55,515 nt of DNA from Myxococcota bacterium (GCA_028284525.1 JANQRO010000445.1:1-55515); one strand, 5' to 3'. Shown: positions 34,681 to 43,386, numbered from the stretch's first letter. The notes: generated by a model from the letters alone, not told the origin. A program made the numbers and translations.

Positions 34681-35550
34681 ATGGCCAAGGTGATCCTCGA
34701 GGTGCGCTGCAACGAGTACGCGATGCGCGACCGCAACCCCCACGTGCCTTGGAGCGCCGAGGAGATCGGCACCGACGCGGCGGAGTGCGAGGACGCCGGC
34801 GCGGCACTGATGCACTTCCACGCCCGGAATCCCGAGACCGGCGCCCCCTCCCACGAGGCCGGCGACTACGGCGCCGCGATCCGCGCCTGCCGCGAACGCT
34901 CTGCGCTGCTCGTGATGCCGACCCTCGGGGCTCACACGCTGCAGGACCCCCTCGAGCGGGTGGCCCACATCACCGCGCTGGGCCGCGACCCGGCGAGCCG
35001 CCCCGACCTCGCGCCGATCGACCTCGCGACGACCAACCTCGATCCCTACCGGAGCGGGCGTGGCTTTCTCTCGGAGGACACCGCCTATGTCAACACGATC
35101 GCGGGGCTCCGGGCGCAGATCGGCGAGATCCACCGCGCGGGCGTGGCAGTCCACGCGGTCCTCTGGAACGTGGGCTCCACCCGGGTGCTCGGGGCCTTCC
35201 AGGAGCTGGGGGAGCTCCCGCACCGGCTGCCCGTCGAGGTCGTGCTCTCCGACCAGATCCTCGCCTGTCACCCGGAGACCGAGCGGGGCCTCGACGCGAT
35301 CCTCGATTTCCTCCCCGACTCCGGTCTTCCGTGGCTCGCCCTCTGCGCGGGGAGCACCGGGCTCCCGCTCATCGAAGCCGTGGTCGAGCGCGGCGGACAC
35401 CTCTCCTTTGGGCTGGGCGACTGGCCCTACCCCGAGCTCGGCACTCCGCGCAACGCGGACGTCGTCGCCGAGGTGGTGCGCCGCATCCGCGCCGCCGGTG
35501 GGGAGCCGGCGAGCCCGGCGGAAGCGCGGGAGCTCTTGGGCCTGGCCTGA
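34681..35550 (+). CDS. 3-keto-5-aminohexanoate cleavage enzyme family (BKACE / DUF849)
   Basis: 289 aa. ..NPHVPWSAEEIGTDAAECEDAGAALMHFHAR.. is typical of BKACE. Confidence 0.85.
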   Translation: MAKVILEVRCNEYAMRDRNPHVPWSAEEIGTDAAECEDAGAALMHFHARNPETGAPSHEAGDYGAAIRACRERSALLVMPTLGAHTLQDPLERVAHITALGRDPASRPDLAPIDLATTNLDPYRSGRGFLSEDTAYVNTIAGLRAQIGEIHRAGVAVHAVLWNVGSTRVLGAFQELGELPHRLPVEVVLSDQILACHPETERGLDAILDFLPDSGLPWLALCAGSTGLPLIEAVVERGGHLSFGLGDWPYPELGTPRNADVVAEVVRRIRAAGGEPASPAEARELLGLA

Positions 35551-35592
35551 GCCGCGGTCGCGGTATCCTCCGTCGCCTTTGGGGGGGGACCC

Positions 35593-36936
35593 ATGCACCG
35601 ATCGGCACTCCTCGTCACCGCCGCCCTCGCGGCGCTGAGCGTCGCGGGGGCCGGGGGCGCCGCCGCCAACGAGGGCTGGTCCTACGCGGCGACGCTCGAC
35701 TGGATCCAAGGCGAGCGCTTCCCCACTCCGACCTTCCAGCCCGGCGAGACCCTCGGCCGGGGCGATCTGCCGCGGATGGCGCCCTTCGTGCCCCCGGGCT
35801 TCCTGCCCCAGCTCGACTTCCAGGGCTTTGTCGCGGAGATCCAAGCTCCGCGCACCCTCGTCGCGCACCCCCTCTACGAGTCCGCCTCGCTCGCGTACGG
35901 CCGCCAGACCGAGATCGGAGCCGACGGTCGCCTGCTCCACTACGTCGCGGGGCGGCCCTTCAGCGCGGAGCGCGTGCGCGACGCTCCCGCCGACCGGGCC
36001 GCGTATCAGATCGCGTGGAACTACATCTACCGTTGGCAGCACTACGGGTACGCTTCCGACGCGGTTCATTTTGCCTTTCTCCGCCCCGGCACCGCGACCG
36101 GGCGCAACGCCGACACCGACGCGGCGCTCCGCGGTGGGGGGATCGTCGAGCGTCACCTGATCGAGCGCTTCCAGCGGGTGTACCTGAGTCATCTGGCCGT
36201 CGAGGCCGAGAACGACCACCAGCTCGACGTCGAGGGGGCGGGGTCGCTCCACTACAAGGACTACCTCTCCTTCACCCACCCCTTCGAGGTGCGCGGCAAC
36301 ACCTTCGTGATCGAGCGCTCCCTCGACCCCCTCGAGCGCGACCAGGTCAACTCGTACCTGGCTACCGAACGGCGCGTGCGGCGCTTGTCGCCCAAGGAAC
36401 GCGCCGATCGCTTCGTGGGCTCCGAATTCACCCTCGACGACTTCGAGGGCTTCTCGGGACGCGTCCTGGACTACGAATGGGTCTACCACGGCGAGCGGGA
36501 CCTGCTCTACGTCGCGGACGTCCGGGGAGACCACGCGGTGTTCTTCGGTCCGAGCAGCCACGTGCCGTGGGACCGGTGGCAGCTCCGACGCTGTTTCGTC
36601 GTCGAGCAGCGCCCCCATCTCAGCGAGCACACCTACGGGCGAACGCTCCTCTTCGTGGACGTCGAGACGTCGATCATCGCGATGAAACTGATGTTCGATC
36701 AGCGAGACCAGCTTCTGAAAGTCCTCTACCCCCTCTACCGCTGGCCCCTCCGCCCCGAGCAGGTCGCCACGGCCGCGCCCCGCGAGACGGTGCCGCTCTT
36801 CCAGGCCAACGTCGCGATCAACGTCCAGACCGGCGCCTCGGGGGTGGTGTGGAGCGTCGGGACGGAGATCCCCGACGTGAAGCCCTCCGAGGTGCGACGG
36901 CTCTTCAGTGTCACCAACCTGAGCTCCGGGCGCTGA
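35593..36936 (+). CDS. DUF1329 (LolA-like) periplasmic protein
   Basis: Signal peptide ..LLVTAALAALSVAGAGGAAA... ..YIYRWQHYG.. and ..RRVRRLSPKERADRFVGSEFTLDDF.. resemble DUF1329. Confidence 0.8.
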   Translation: MHRSALLVTAALAALSVAGAGGAAANEGWSYAATLDWIQGERFPTPTFQPGETLGRGDLPRMAPFVPPGFLPQLDFQGFVAEIQAPRTLVAHPLYESASLAYGRQTEIGADGRLLHYVAGRPFSAERVRDAPADRAAYQIAWNYIYRWQHYGYASDAVHFAFLRPGTATGRNADTDAALRGGGIVERHLIERFQRVYLSHLAVEAENDHQLDVEGAGSLHYKDYLSFTHPFEVRGNTFVIERSLDPLERDQVNSYLATERRVRRLSPKERADRFVGSEFTLDDFEGFSGRVLDYEWVYHGERDLLYVADVRGDHAVFFGPSSHVPWDRWQLRRCFVVEQRPHLSEHTYGRTLLFVDVETSIIAMKLMFDQRDQLLKVLYPLYRWPLRPEQVATAAPRETVPLFQANVAINVQTGASGVVWSVGTEIPDVKPSEVRRLFSVTNLSSGR

Positions 36937-37004
36937 GCGGGCGTTCCCCCCGCACCCGGCGCTACCCTCCGGCGGTCCCGGCACCACTGCACGAGGAGGC
37001 TCCG

Positions 37005-37544
37005 ATGCTCGAGTATCTGGATCCCCGCGCCGAACCCAGCGCCCCGGTCGAGGCCTACACGCCGCGCATCGATCCGCGCCGGGCGCCGATCTCGATCGGC
37101 ATGCTCGCCAACGGCTTCCCGGACTCGGTGGCGTTTCTCCAGCAGATCGAGGACGCGCTGCGCGCGGAGCTGCCGGAGGCCACCTTCCATCACTACAACA
37201 AAGGCGACGCCTCGATCGTCGTCCCCGACGAGATGTTCGAGAGGATCACCCGGGAGTGTCAGGCGGTCGTCGCCGCCTACGGACACTGAGGCGGCTGCAC
37301 CACCGGCACCGTGCGTGACGGAGCAAAGCTGGCCCGCCAGGGGATTCCCGCCATCGCCCTCGTGACGGAGAAGTTCGTCGACCAGGGAGACTTCGTCGCC
37401 CGCTCGGTCGGGCTCCCGGACCTGCCCCGCGTGCGCCTGCCACACCCCGTCGCGGGCACCGGGAAGGAGTCGCTGCGCGCGATCGCCAGGTCGATCGTGC
37501 CGCAGATCCTGCGCGCCTGGGAGACGGGGGACGACGCGGCGTGA
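37005..37544 (+). CDS. UGSC-type (seleno)protein candidate with one in-frame TGA (motif H-U-G-G-C-T)
   Basis: ATG 37005 follows GAGGAGG. The frame is open to TGA 37542-37544 except for TGA at 37287-37289. G/C third-position bias continues on both sides. Context ..AAYGH-TGA-GGCTTGTVRDGAKLARQGIPAIALVTEKF.., total 179 codons. Confidence 0.65.
37306..37324 (+). promoter_or_regulatory. SECIS-like hairpin downstream of the in-frame TGA of the UGSC-type gene
   Basis: gcaccgt-gcgtg-acggagc: 6 base pairs plus one A.A mismatch and a 5-nt loop containing GU. The loop begins 24 nt after the last base of the TGA. Confidence 0.4.
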
Positions 37545-38596
37545 GCCCCGACGCGGGGCGTCTCGAGGCCCGCGACGAGGCGGAGGCGCTCGAAGCGCTC
37601 CACGCCCTGGGCTGCACCGACGGTCTCCCCGTCGTCGTGCCGACTCCAGAGCGTGTCGACCGACTGGTCCTCGCGACCGTCCTCGATCCGGACCTCGTGC
37701 TGGGCTCGATGGGCCCCGCGCTCGGCGCCTGCACCGTGGAGAAGCTCGCCACGGCGGCGGTGATGGCGGGGTGTACCCCGGAGCACATGCCGGTCGTGTT
37801 GGCGGCGGCCCTCGCGATCCTCGACCCCGCCTTCGACCTCACCGAGATGCAGGCCACGACCCATTGCACCGCGCCGCTCCTCCTGGTGAATGGCCCGGCC
37901 CGCTACGAGTGCGGCGGCATCGCCTCGGGCTACGGCGCCTTGGGCCCCGGTCACCGCGCCAACGCCTCGATCGGGCGCGCGCTGCGGCTCGCGATGATCA
38001 ACATCGGCGGCGGGCGCGCCGGCGTGTCGGACATGGCGCTCCTCGGCCACCCGGGCAAGTACACCTTCTGCCTCGCGGAGGCCGAGGAGGAGAGCCCCTT
38101 CGAGGGCTTCCACGTGAGCCGTGGCTACGACCCGGATGTGTCGACGGTCACGGTGATCGGGACGGAGGCGCCCCACTCCGTGCTCGCCGTGACCGACGCG
38201 GACAACCCGGGCTCCTGTGACCGCCTCCTCGACATCCTCGCCGGCGCCTTCGCCAACACCGCCACCAACAACGCGGCGATCGGCGGCGGAGCGGCGGTGG
38301 TGATCCTGAACCCGGAGCACGCGGACGCGCTCGCCGCCGTGGGCCACACCCGCAGCTCGGTCGCCAAAGCGATCCACGAGCGGGCGATGCGCGACCCCGA
38401 AGGTCCGACGTCCCTGCTCCAGCACCCGAGCCGGCACTGCTTCGACACCCCCGACGATATCCTCGTCTGGGTCGCCGGCGGACCGGGTCTCTACTCCGTG
38501 GTGCTTCCCACCTGGTCCGCCGGACCCCACAAGAATCGCGCGATCACGAAGCCGGTCGCGGTCGGCCAGGCCTGCGAGATCCCCGGGGCCGCGTAG
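37541..38596 (+). CDS. Conserved-looking protein of unknown function, translationally coupled to the UGSC-type gene
   Basis: 351 aa. GTG start in a GTGA overlap with the upstream stop. Strong coding bias, with motifs ..GCTDGLPVVVPTPERV.., ..MQATTHCTAPLLLVNGP.. and ..GPGHRANASIGRALRL... I recognise no family. Confidence 0.75.
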   Translation: MSPDAGRLEARDEAEALEALHALGCTDGLPVVVPTPERVDRLVLATVLDPDLVLGSMGPALGACTVEKLATAAVMAGCTPEHMPVVLAAALAILDPAFDLTEMQATTHCTAPLLLVNGPARYECGGIASGYGALGPGHRANASIGRALRLAMINIGGGRAGVSDMALLGHPGKYTFCLAEAEEESPFEGFHVSRGYDPDVSTVTVIGTEAPHSVLAVTDADNPGSCDRLLDILAGAFANTATNNAAIGGGAAVVILNPEHADALAAVGHTRSSVAKAIHERAMRDPEGPTSLLQHPSRHCFDTPDDILVWVAGGPGLYSVVLPTWSAGPHKNRAITKPVAVGQACEIPGAA

Positions 38597-38607
38597 CCCT
38601 TCCCGCG

Positions 38608-39333
38608 CTAGTGGAATCCGGCGTCGTCCGTCCCGTAGCGGTCGTGGTGGCGGATCCACGCCATCGAGTAGGGAAGCCCCTCCTCGTTTCGTCCCTTGGG
38701 CATGAGATCGAGGAGGTGGTAGGTCCCGATCAGCATGTCGAGGCCACGTCCGTAGGAGGAGTAGGTGTGGTAGACGGCGCCGTCGGCATCTCGCTCGAAG
38801 ACGCTCAGACCGGGACCCTCGAGCTCGGGGAACGCGGTCTCGTGGTAGTTGTAGTAGGCGCTGCCCTGCTCGATCTCTTCCTCGGTGAAGCTCACGTGGA
38901 AGTCGCGGTTGAAGTCGCTGCCACCCGAGGACACCCAGCGGAAGTTCCATCCCATCCGCTTCTTGAATTCCTCGATCTTCGCGAGCGGTGCCTTGGACAC
39001 CGTGACCAGGCTCACGTCTCGCGCGGCCAGGTGCTCCGACGAACCGTTGTAGTTGTCGGCGACCAGCGAGCAGCTCTTGCAGCCCTGCTCCCAATCGGGG
39101 TGGAACATGAAGTGGTAGACGAGGAGCTGGCTCTTGCCGTCGAAGAGCTCGGCGAGGCTCTGCTTCCCGTCCGGGGTCTCGAAGTCGTAGTCCTTCTCGA
39201 TCCGGTAGCGCGGGAGGTCACGGCGCTGGGCGCTCAGCCGGTCGCGCTGACGGGTGAACTCCTTTTCCTGGGCCAGGTGGTCGAGGCGGGCGCGCAGCCA
39301 GGCCTCGCGGTCGACGACTCTTCTCTCGCTCAT
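38608..39333 (-). CDS. DUF899 thioredoxin-like family protein
   Basis: 241 aa. ..LLVYHFMFHPDWEQGCKSCS.. and ..GLSVFERD..GAVYHTYSSYGRG.. are typical of DUF899. Confidence 0.85.
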   Translation of the reverse strand: MSERRVVDREAWLRARLDHLAQEKEFTRQRDRLSAQRRDLPRYRIEKDYDFETPDGKQSLAELFDGKSQLLVYHFMFHPDWEQGCKSCSLVADNYNGSSEHLAARDVSLVTVSKAPLAKIEEFKKRMGWNFRWVSSGGSDFNRDFHVSFTEEEIEQGSAYYNYHETAFPELEGPGLSVFERDADGAVYHTYSSYGRGLDMLIGTYHLLDLMPKGRNEEGLPYSMAWIRHHDRYGTDDAGFH

Positions 39334-39369
39334 GGCATCCCTCCCGGTGGTGTCCAGATATTCAACCGA

Positions 39370-40815
39370 TCAGTTGAGGATACGCCCTCTGCCCTCCTCC
39401 GCCCACCCGAGATCCGGACGGCGGCCGCCGGCGCCGACGGACTGCTCGACCGCGTAGGCGAACTGCAGGACTCCCCAGTCGTCTCCGTGGCGGCCGACGA
39501 TCTGGAGGCCCACGGGTAGCCCCTCGGGCGTAAAGCCGAAGGGCACCGAGATCGCCGGGTTGCCGAGCAGCGAGATGTAGAAGCAGGAACGCATCCAGTC
39601 GATGTAGGTGTCCATCGCGACCCCGTCGATCTCGCGCACCCATTCCTCGTCCACCGAGAAGGGGGGCACCTGGACGACCGGCGCGAGCAGGAACTCGTAG
39701 TCGTCGAGAAAACGGCGGATCCGGTGGTAGAGTGCCGTGCGGTCGAGCTCCGCTGCCGCGACCTCGTCGGCGCTGAGGGCGCGACCCGCCTCGATGTTCC
39801 AGACCAGGGTCTCCTTCAACTTCGCCAGCGCGTCGCCCCGCACGTCGCGGAAGTGCGCGGCGAAGGCGAAGCCCCGCAGGACGTGGAAGATGCGGTCGGC
39901 ACCGCTGAAATCGGGCTCGGCGTCCTCGACCTCGCAGCCCACGGCGTCGAGGGCGGGGCGCGCCGCGGCGGGCGCCTCGCGGACCCGCCGGTCTACGGGG
40001 AGGCCCCCGAGGTCGTGGCTCCAAGCGACCCGCGTCCCGCGGAACTCGCGCCCCAACGGGCGCAGAAAACGCTCTCCCGGCTCCGCGATCGAGATCGGCG
40101 CCCGCGGGTCGGGGCCGGCCATCGCGCCGAGGAGCAGCGCGCAGTCCTCGACGCTGCGCGCCATGGGTCCCAGCACGGCAAGCCCCGCCCAGGCGAGCGG
40201 CGCCGGGTAGTTCGGCACCCGCCCCGGCGACGGACGCAGCCCGACCACGTTGCAGAAGCTCGCCGGGTTCCGCAGCGAGCCCCCCATGTCGCTTCCGTCG
40301 GCGATCGGGAGCAGGCCGGCCGCGAGGGCGGCGGCCGCCCCGCCGCTGCTGCCCCCCACCGTGCGGGTGGGGTCGTAGGGGTTGCGGGTCGCGCCGAAGA
40401 CGGGGTTGAAGGTCTGCGAGCCCGCGCCGAACTCCGGTGTATTGGTCTTGCCCACCGTGATCGCCCCGGCCGCGCGCAGCCGCTCGACGATCAGATCGTC
40501 CTCGTCGGGGACGTGGTCGCGAAAGAGCGGCGACCCGTAGGTCGTGCGGATCCCGGCCGTATTGACCAGGTCCTTGTGGGCGATCGGGAGACCGTGGAGC
40601 GGTCCGAGGGGCGCTCCGCGCAACCGTCGCGTGTCGGCGCGACGCGCCGCCTCCAGGGCGCGGTCGGGGCAACGCGTGACGACGGCGTTGATCGCGGCGT
40701 GGGTCGCCTCGATCCGTTCGAGGGACTCGCGAACCACCTCTTCGGCGGAGAGATCACCGCTGCGCAGATGGCCGGCGAGGAGAACGGCAGAGAGCGGTTC
40801 GGGATTCGCGGGCAT
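39370..40815 (-). CDS. Amidase (amidase-signature family)
   Basis: Start at ATG 40815. ..LHGLPIAHKDL.. and GGSSGGAAAALAAG are amidase-signature motifs. Confidence 0.9.
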   Translation of the reverse strand: MPANPEPLSAVLLAGHLRSGDLSAEEVVRESLERIEATHAAINAVVTRCPDRALEAARRADTRRLRGAPLGPLHGLPIAHKDLVNTAGIRTTYGSPLFRDHVPDEDDLIVERLRAAGAITVGKTNTPEFGAGSQTFNPVFGATRNPYDPTRTVGGSSGGAAAALAAGLLPIADGSDMGGSLRNPASFCNVVGLRPSPGRVPNYPAPLAWAGLAVLGPMARSVEDCALLLGAMAGPDPRAPISIAEPGERFLRPLGREFRGTRVAWSHDLGGLPVDRRVREAPAAARPALDAVGCEVEDAEPDFSGADRIFHVLRGFAFAAHFRDVRGDALAKLKETLVWNIEAGRALSADEVAAAELDRTALYHRIRRFLDDYEFLLAPVVQVPPFSVDEEWVREIDGVAMDTYIDWMRSCFYISLLGNPAISVPFGFTPEGLPVGLQIVGRHGDDWGVLQFAYAVEQSVGAGGRRPDLGWAEEGRGRILN

Positions 40816-40941
40816 AGGGCGCGTGTACCGCAGCTGGTCACGCGACGCTCGTCCCTCGCCGGTGCGGGCGTCCCTCCTCAGACCCGGGGTCGTCTTCGCG
40901 GCGCGCAACCGGTCGCGCGGCCCCCGGCCTCCCAGAGCGTC

Positions 40942-41901
40942 TCAGTGCAGTCGGCGGCGCAGGGCGAGACCGGTCAAGCCGAGCCCCAGCAGGAGGGCGG
41001 TGCCGGGCTCGGGCATCGTGGCGACGTCCGGGGAGAGGTTGTCTTCGGAGGGCGGGAAGTCGCCGGCGACCGGTCCCCCGCCGTCGCCGGGGAAGTCGTC
41101 GCCCGTGCCCGGACCTTCTCCCGGCCCCGGACCTTCGCCGGGCAGGTCGCTCAGGGCTCCGTCGTCGCTCGGCGGGAAGTCACTCACCCCACCGTCGTCG
41201 TCGGACGGGACGTCGCTCATCCCACCGTCGTCGTCGGGCGGGAGGTCGCTCATCCCGCCGTCGTCGTCGGACGGGAGGTCGCTCATCCCGCCCTCGTCTC
41301 CGGGGGGCTCGCCGTCCCCGCCGTCGGCCGGGGGATCGCCCGGCCCCCCACCGTCGCCCGGCAGGTCGCCCGGCCCCCCACCGTCGCCCGGAAGGTCGCC
41401 CGGCTCGCCACCGCCCCCGGGCGGACCGGGGCCGTCGCCGGGGTTCGGGCCGCCGGCCACCCGCATCCAAGACCACTCCCCCTCCGCGCTCGCGAAGGTG
41501 CTGTCGAAGAGCCGAACCGACTGATTGGCGAAGAGCGCCAAGCGCGTCGGGCCGTTGTCCGCCAGCGCCCCGGATCCCGTGTTGATCGATCGATCCTCCG
41601 CCAGGTTCCGATAGAAGACGTGGGCCACGCGGACGATGTCGGCCGTGGTCCAGAACTGGTCGCCGAAGGTGAAGGCGAGGGAGACGATCTCGCGGTTGGA
41701 GACGAACGAGGAGAGGCCGACGGGGATCGCCGCTTCCTGGATCCGCAGGGATCCACTCACCGGGTCTCCCAGCGCGAGTCCGACGGACCCGCACTCGCTC
41801 GTGCACTCGCCCAGGTAGTCGAACTGGATCAGCGAGGCGTTTGCGGTGGCATGGCAAAGCCAGAGCGGCAGCAACAGCATCAGCGGCGCACAGCGCGTCA
41901 T
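40942..41901 (-). CDS. PEP-CTERM sorting-domain secreted protein with an acidic Pro/Gly/Asp tandem-repeat linker
   Basis: Signal peptide MTRCAPLMLLLPLWLCHATA, a globular N-domain, then repeats GGMSDLPSDDD x4 and GDLPGDGGGP x3. C-terminal MPEPGTALLLGLGLTGLALRRR. Confidence 0.85.
   Translation of the reverse strand: MTRCAPLMLLLPLWLCHATANASLIQFDYLGECTSECGSVGLALGDPVSGSLRIQEAAIPVGLSSFVSNREIVSLAFTFGDQFWTTADIVRVAHVFYRNLAEDRSINTGSGALADNGPTRLALFANQSVRLFDSTFASAEGEWSWMRVAGGPNPGDGPGPPGGGGEPGDLPGDGGGPGDLPGDGGGPGDPPADGGDGEPPGDEGGMSDLPSDDDGGMSDLPPDDDGGMSDVPSDDDGGVSDFPPSDDGALSDLPGEGPGPGEGPGTGDDFPGDGGGPVAGDFPPSEDNLSPDVATMPEPGTALLLGLGLTGLALRRRLH
41158..41424 (-). repeat. In-frame coding tandem repeats (33-bp unit x ~4, then 30-bp unit x ~3)
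   Basis: 33-bp units at 41191-41223, 41224-41256 and 41257-41289 are near-identical, with a degenerate copy upstream. 30-bp units run from about 41335 to 41424. Confidence 0.85.
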
Positions 41902-42182
41902 GGACTCTCTCCACGGGGCGCCCGCGTGACACCCGAGAGCGTCGGCGCGGACTCCGGTACTGCACCAGAGCCGCGTGCTCGCTGCAAGACATCATTCGTG
42001 CGCAAGCAATACGCGCAGGGCGTGCACGACGCTCGCACAGAGCGCGTCCTGGTCCGCGCACACGAACGACAAAGCGAATTGTGGCGACACGGTGGCTGGC
42101 CGCCTCGGCGCGCACTTTTTTTGCCGTCGATCCGCCGATCGGGGACGCGCGAACGAGCGCGGGGACCGCGTCGGGCGGCGTG

Positions 42183-43325
42183 CTAGCCGGAGGACCGCAG
42201 CGCGGCACGGGTCGGCGAGAAGAGCTCCACCGGGTGCTCGGTGTGTCCGGCGAGGGTCAGGTCGGCGCAGATCTCGCCGACGACGGGGACGAACTTGAAG
42301 CCGTGGCCGGAGAAGCCCGCCGCCACCACGATGCGGTCGTCTTCGGGATGCGTCCCCAACACGAAATGCTCGTCGGGACTGTCCGTATAGAGACAGACCC
42401 GCGCGTCGAGACAACGGCCCGCCAAGCCGGGCACCCGGGCGGCGAGGTGACGACGCATGGCGTCGACCTCATCGTCGCCCACGACCCGGTCGACTTCGTC
42501 GGGGTCGCATTCGCCACCCGCTCGAAAGAAGGCGACCTTCACGCCGCCCGCCGGATCGCCGTGGGCGGGGAATCCGTAGAGACGCAGACGCTCGGGGTCG
42601 TCCCAGACGTGGACGGGCAAGCGCCCCACTTCGTAGCGAGACCAGTCGTCCGCCTCGAACCAGAACATGGGGACCCGGCGCACCGTCAGGGCCGCGCCCA
42701 AGGCGCCCAGCCACCGCCCCGCCCAAGAGCCGGCCGCCAGCACGAGACGATCGGCGTGGACGTCGCGCTCCGCGGTCTCGACCCGGAAGCCCTGTCCCTC
42801 GCGATGCCAGCCCGTCACCGCCGTCTCGAAGTGGAGCTCCGCGCCGGCCCGCCGCGCCAGCGCCGCGTGGGCGCGCACCGAGGCTTCGGGGGGGACGAAC
42901 CCGCTCCGGTGCTCGTAGAGTCCGACGAGCCCCTCCGCGGGGGTGAGCTGGGGCCAGCGGTGATGGATCTCGCCGGCGTCGAGCACCTCGTGGGCGATGC
43001 CCCAGCGCCGTGCGCTGGCCGTGCTTCCCACGACCACGTCGTCGTCCGGTCGCCCCATCATCAGCCCACCACACAATGTGAGCAGCGTGGTCTGCGACGC
43101 CTTCCCGGTCTCTTCCCACAGGTCGTAGGCGCGCCGCAGGAGCGGGACGTAGGCGGGATCCTCGAAGTAGGCCTCACGGATCACCCGGGACTCGCCGTGG
43201 CTCGAGCCCAGCGCGTGGGCTTCGGGAAAGCGCTCGAACCCCACGACCGTGGCGCCCCGCCGCGCCAGGTGCCACGCGGCCGCGCTTCCCATCCCACCGA
43301 GTCCGATCACCGCGACGTCTGCCAC
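42183..43325 (-). CDS. Monomeric sarcosine oxidase / N-methyltryptophan oxidase-like FAD enzyme
   Basis: 380 aa. VAVIGLGGMGSAAAWHL dinucleotide motif, ..GESRVIREAY.. and ..CLYTDSPDEHFVLG..GFSGHGFKF.. (position of the covalent-FAD Cys in this family). Confidence 0.85.
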   Translation of the reverse strand: MADVAVIGLGGMGSAAAWHLARRGATVVGFERFPEAHALGSSHGESRVIREAYFEDPAYVPLLRRAYDLWEETGKASQTTLLTLCGGLMMGRPDDDVVVGSTASARRWGIAHEVLDAGEIHHRWPQLTPAEGLVGLYEHRSGFVPPEASVRAHAALARRAGAELHFETAVTGWHREGQGFRVETAERDVHADRLVLAAGSWAGRWLGALGAALTVRRVPMFWFEADDWSRYEVGRLPVHVWDDPERLRLYGFPAHGDPAGGVKVAFFRAGGECDPDEVDRVVGDDEVDAMRRHLAARVPGLAGRCLDARVCLYTDSPDEHFVLGTHPEDDRIVVAAGFSGHGFKFVPVVGEICADLTLAGHTEHPVELFSPTRAALRSSG

Positions 43326-43386
43326 GGCGGGACGCTAGGGCTCTCCGGGGACGTGGGCGAGGCCCGGGATCCCCTACCCTCCCGCC

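Noticed and set aside
29301-34772. 1823-aa ORF on the minus strand, the longest in the track.
   Set aside because: It spans at least six independently well-supported genes on both strands (MFS, MOSC, GATase, GS-like, PPOX-like). Its translation is Arg/Gly/Pro/Ala low-complexity with no recognisable motif. It is the classic stop-free antisense or off-frame artefact of a genome with extreme G/C at third positions.
41158-41424. Possible CRISPR array, because of the regular 30-33-bp repeats.
   Set aside because: The repeats are contiguous with no spacers. They are in frame within a PEP-CTERM protein ORF and encode a sensible acidic peptide repeat. There are no cas genes in the window.
42100-42125. 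T-run (cacttttttttgcc) in the 280-bp gap between the PEP-CTERM gene and the sarcosine-oxidase-like gene, considered as a terminator.
   Set aside because: I could not find a convincing GC-rich hairpin immediately upstream of the T-run on either strand, so it is left unannotated.
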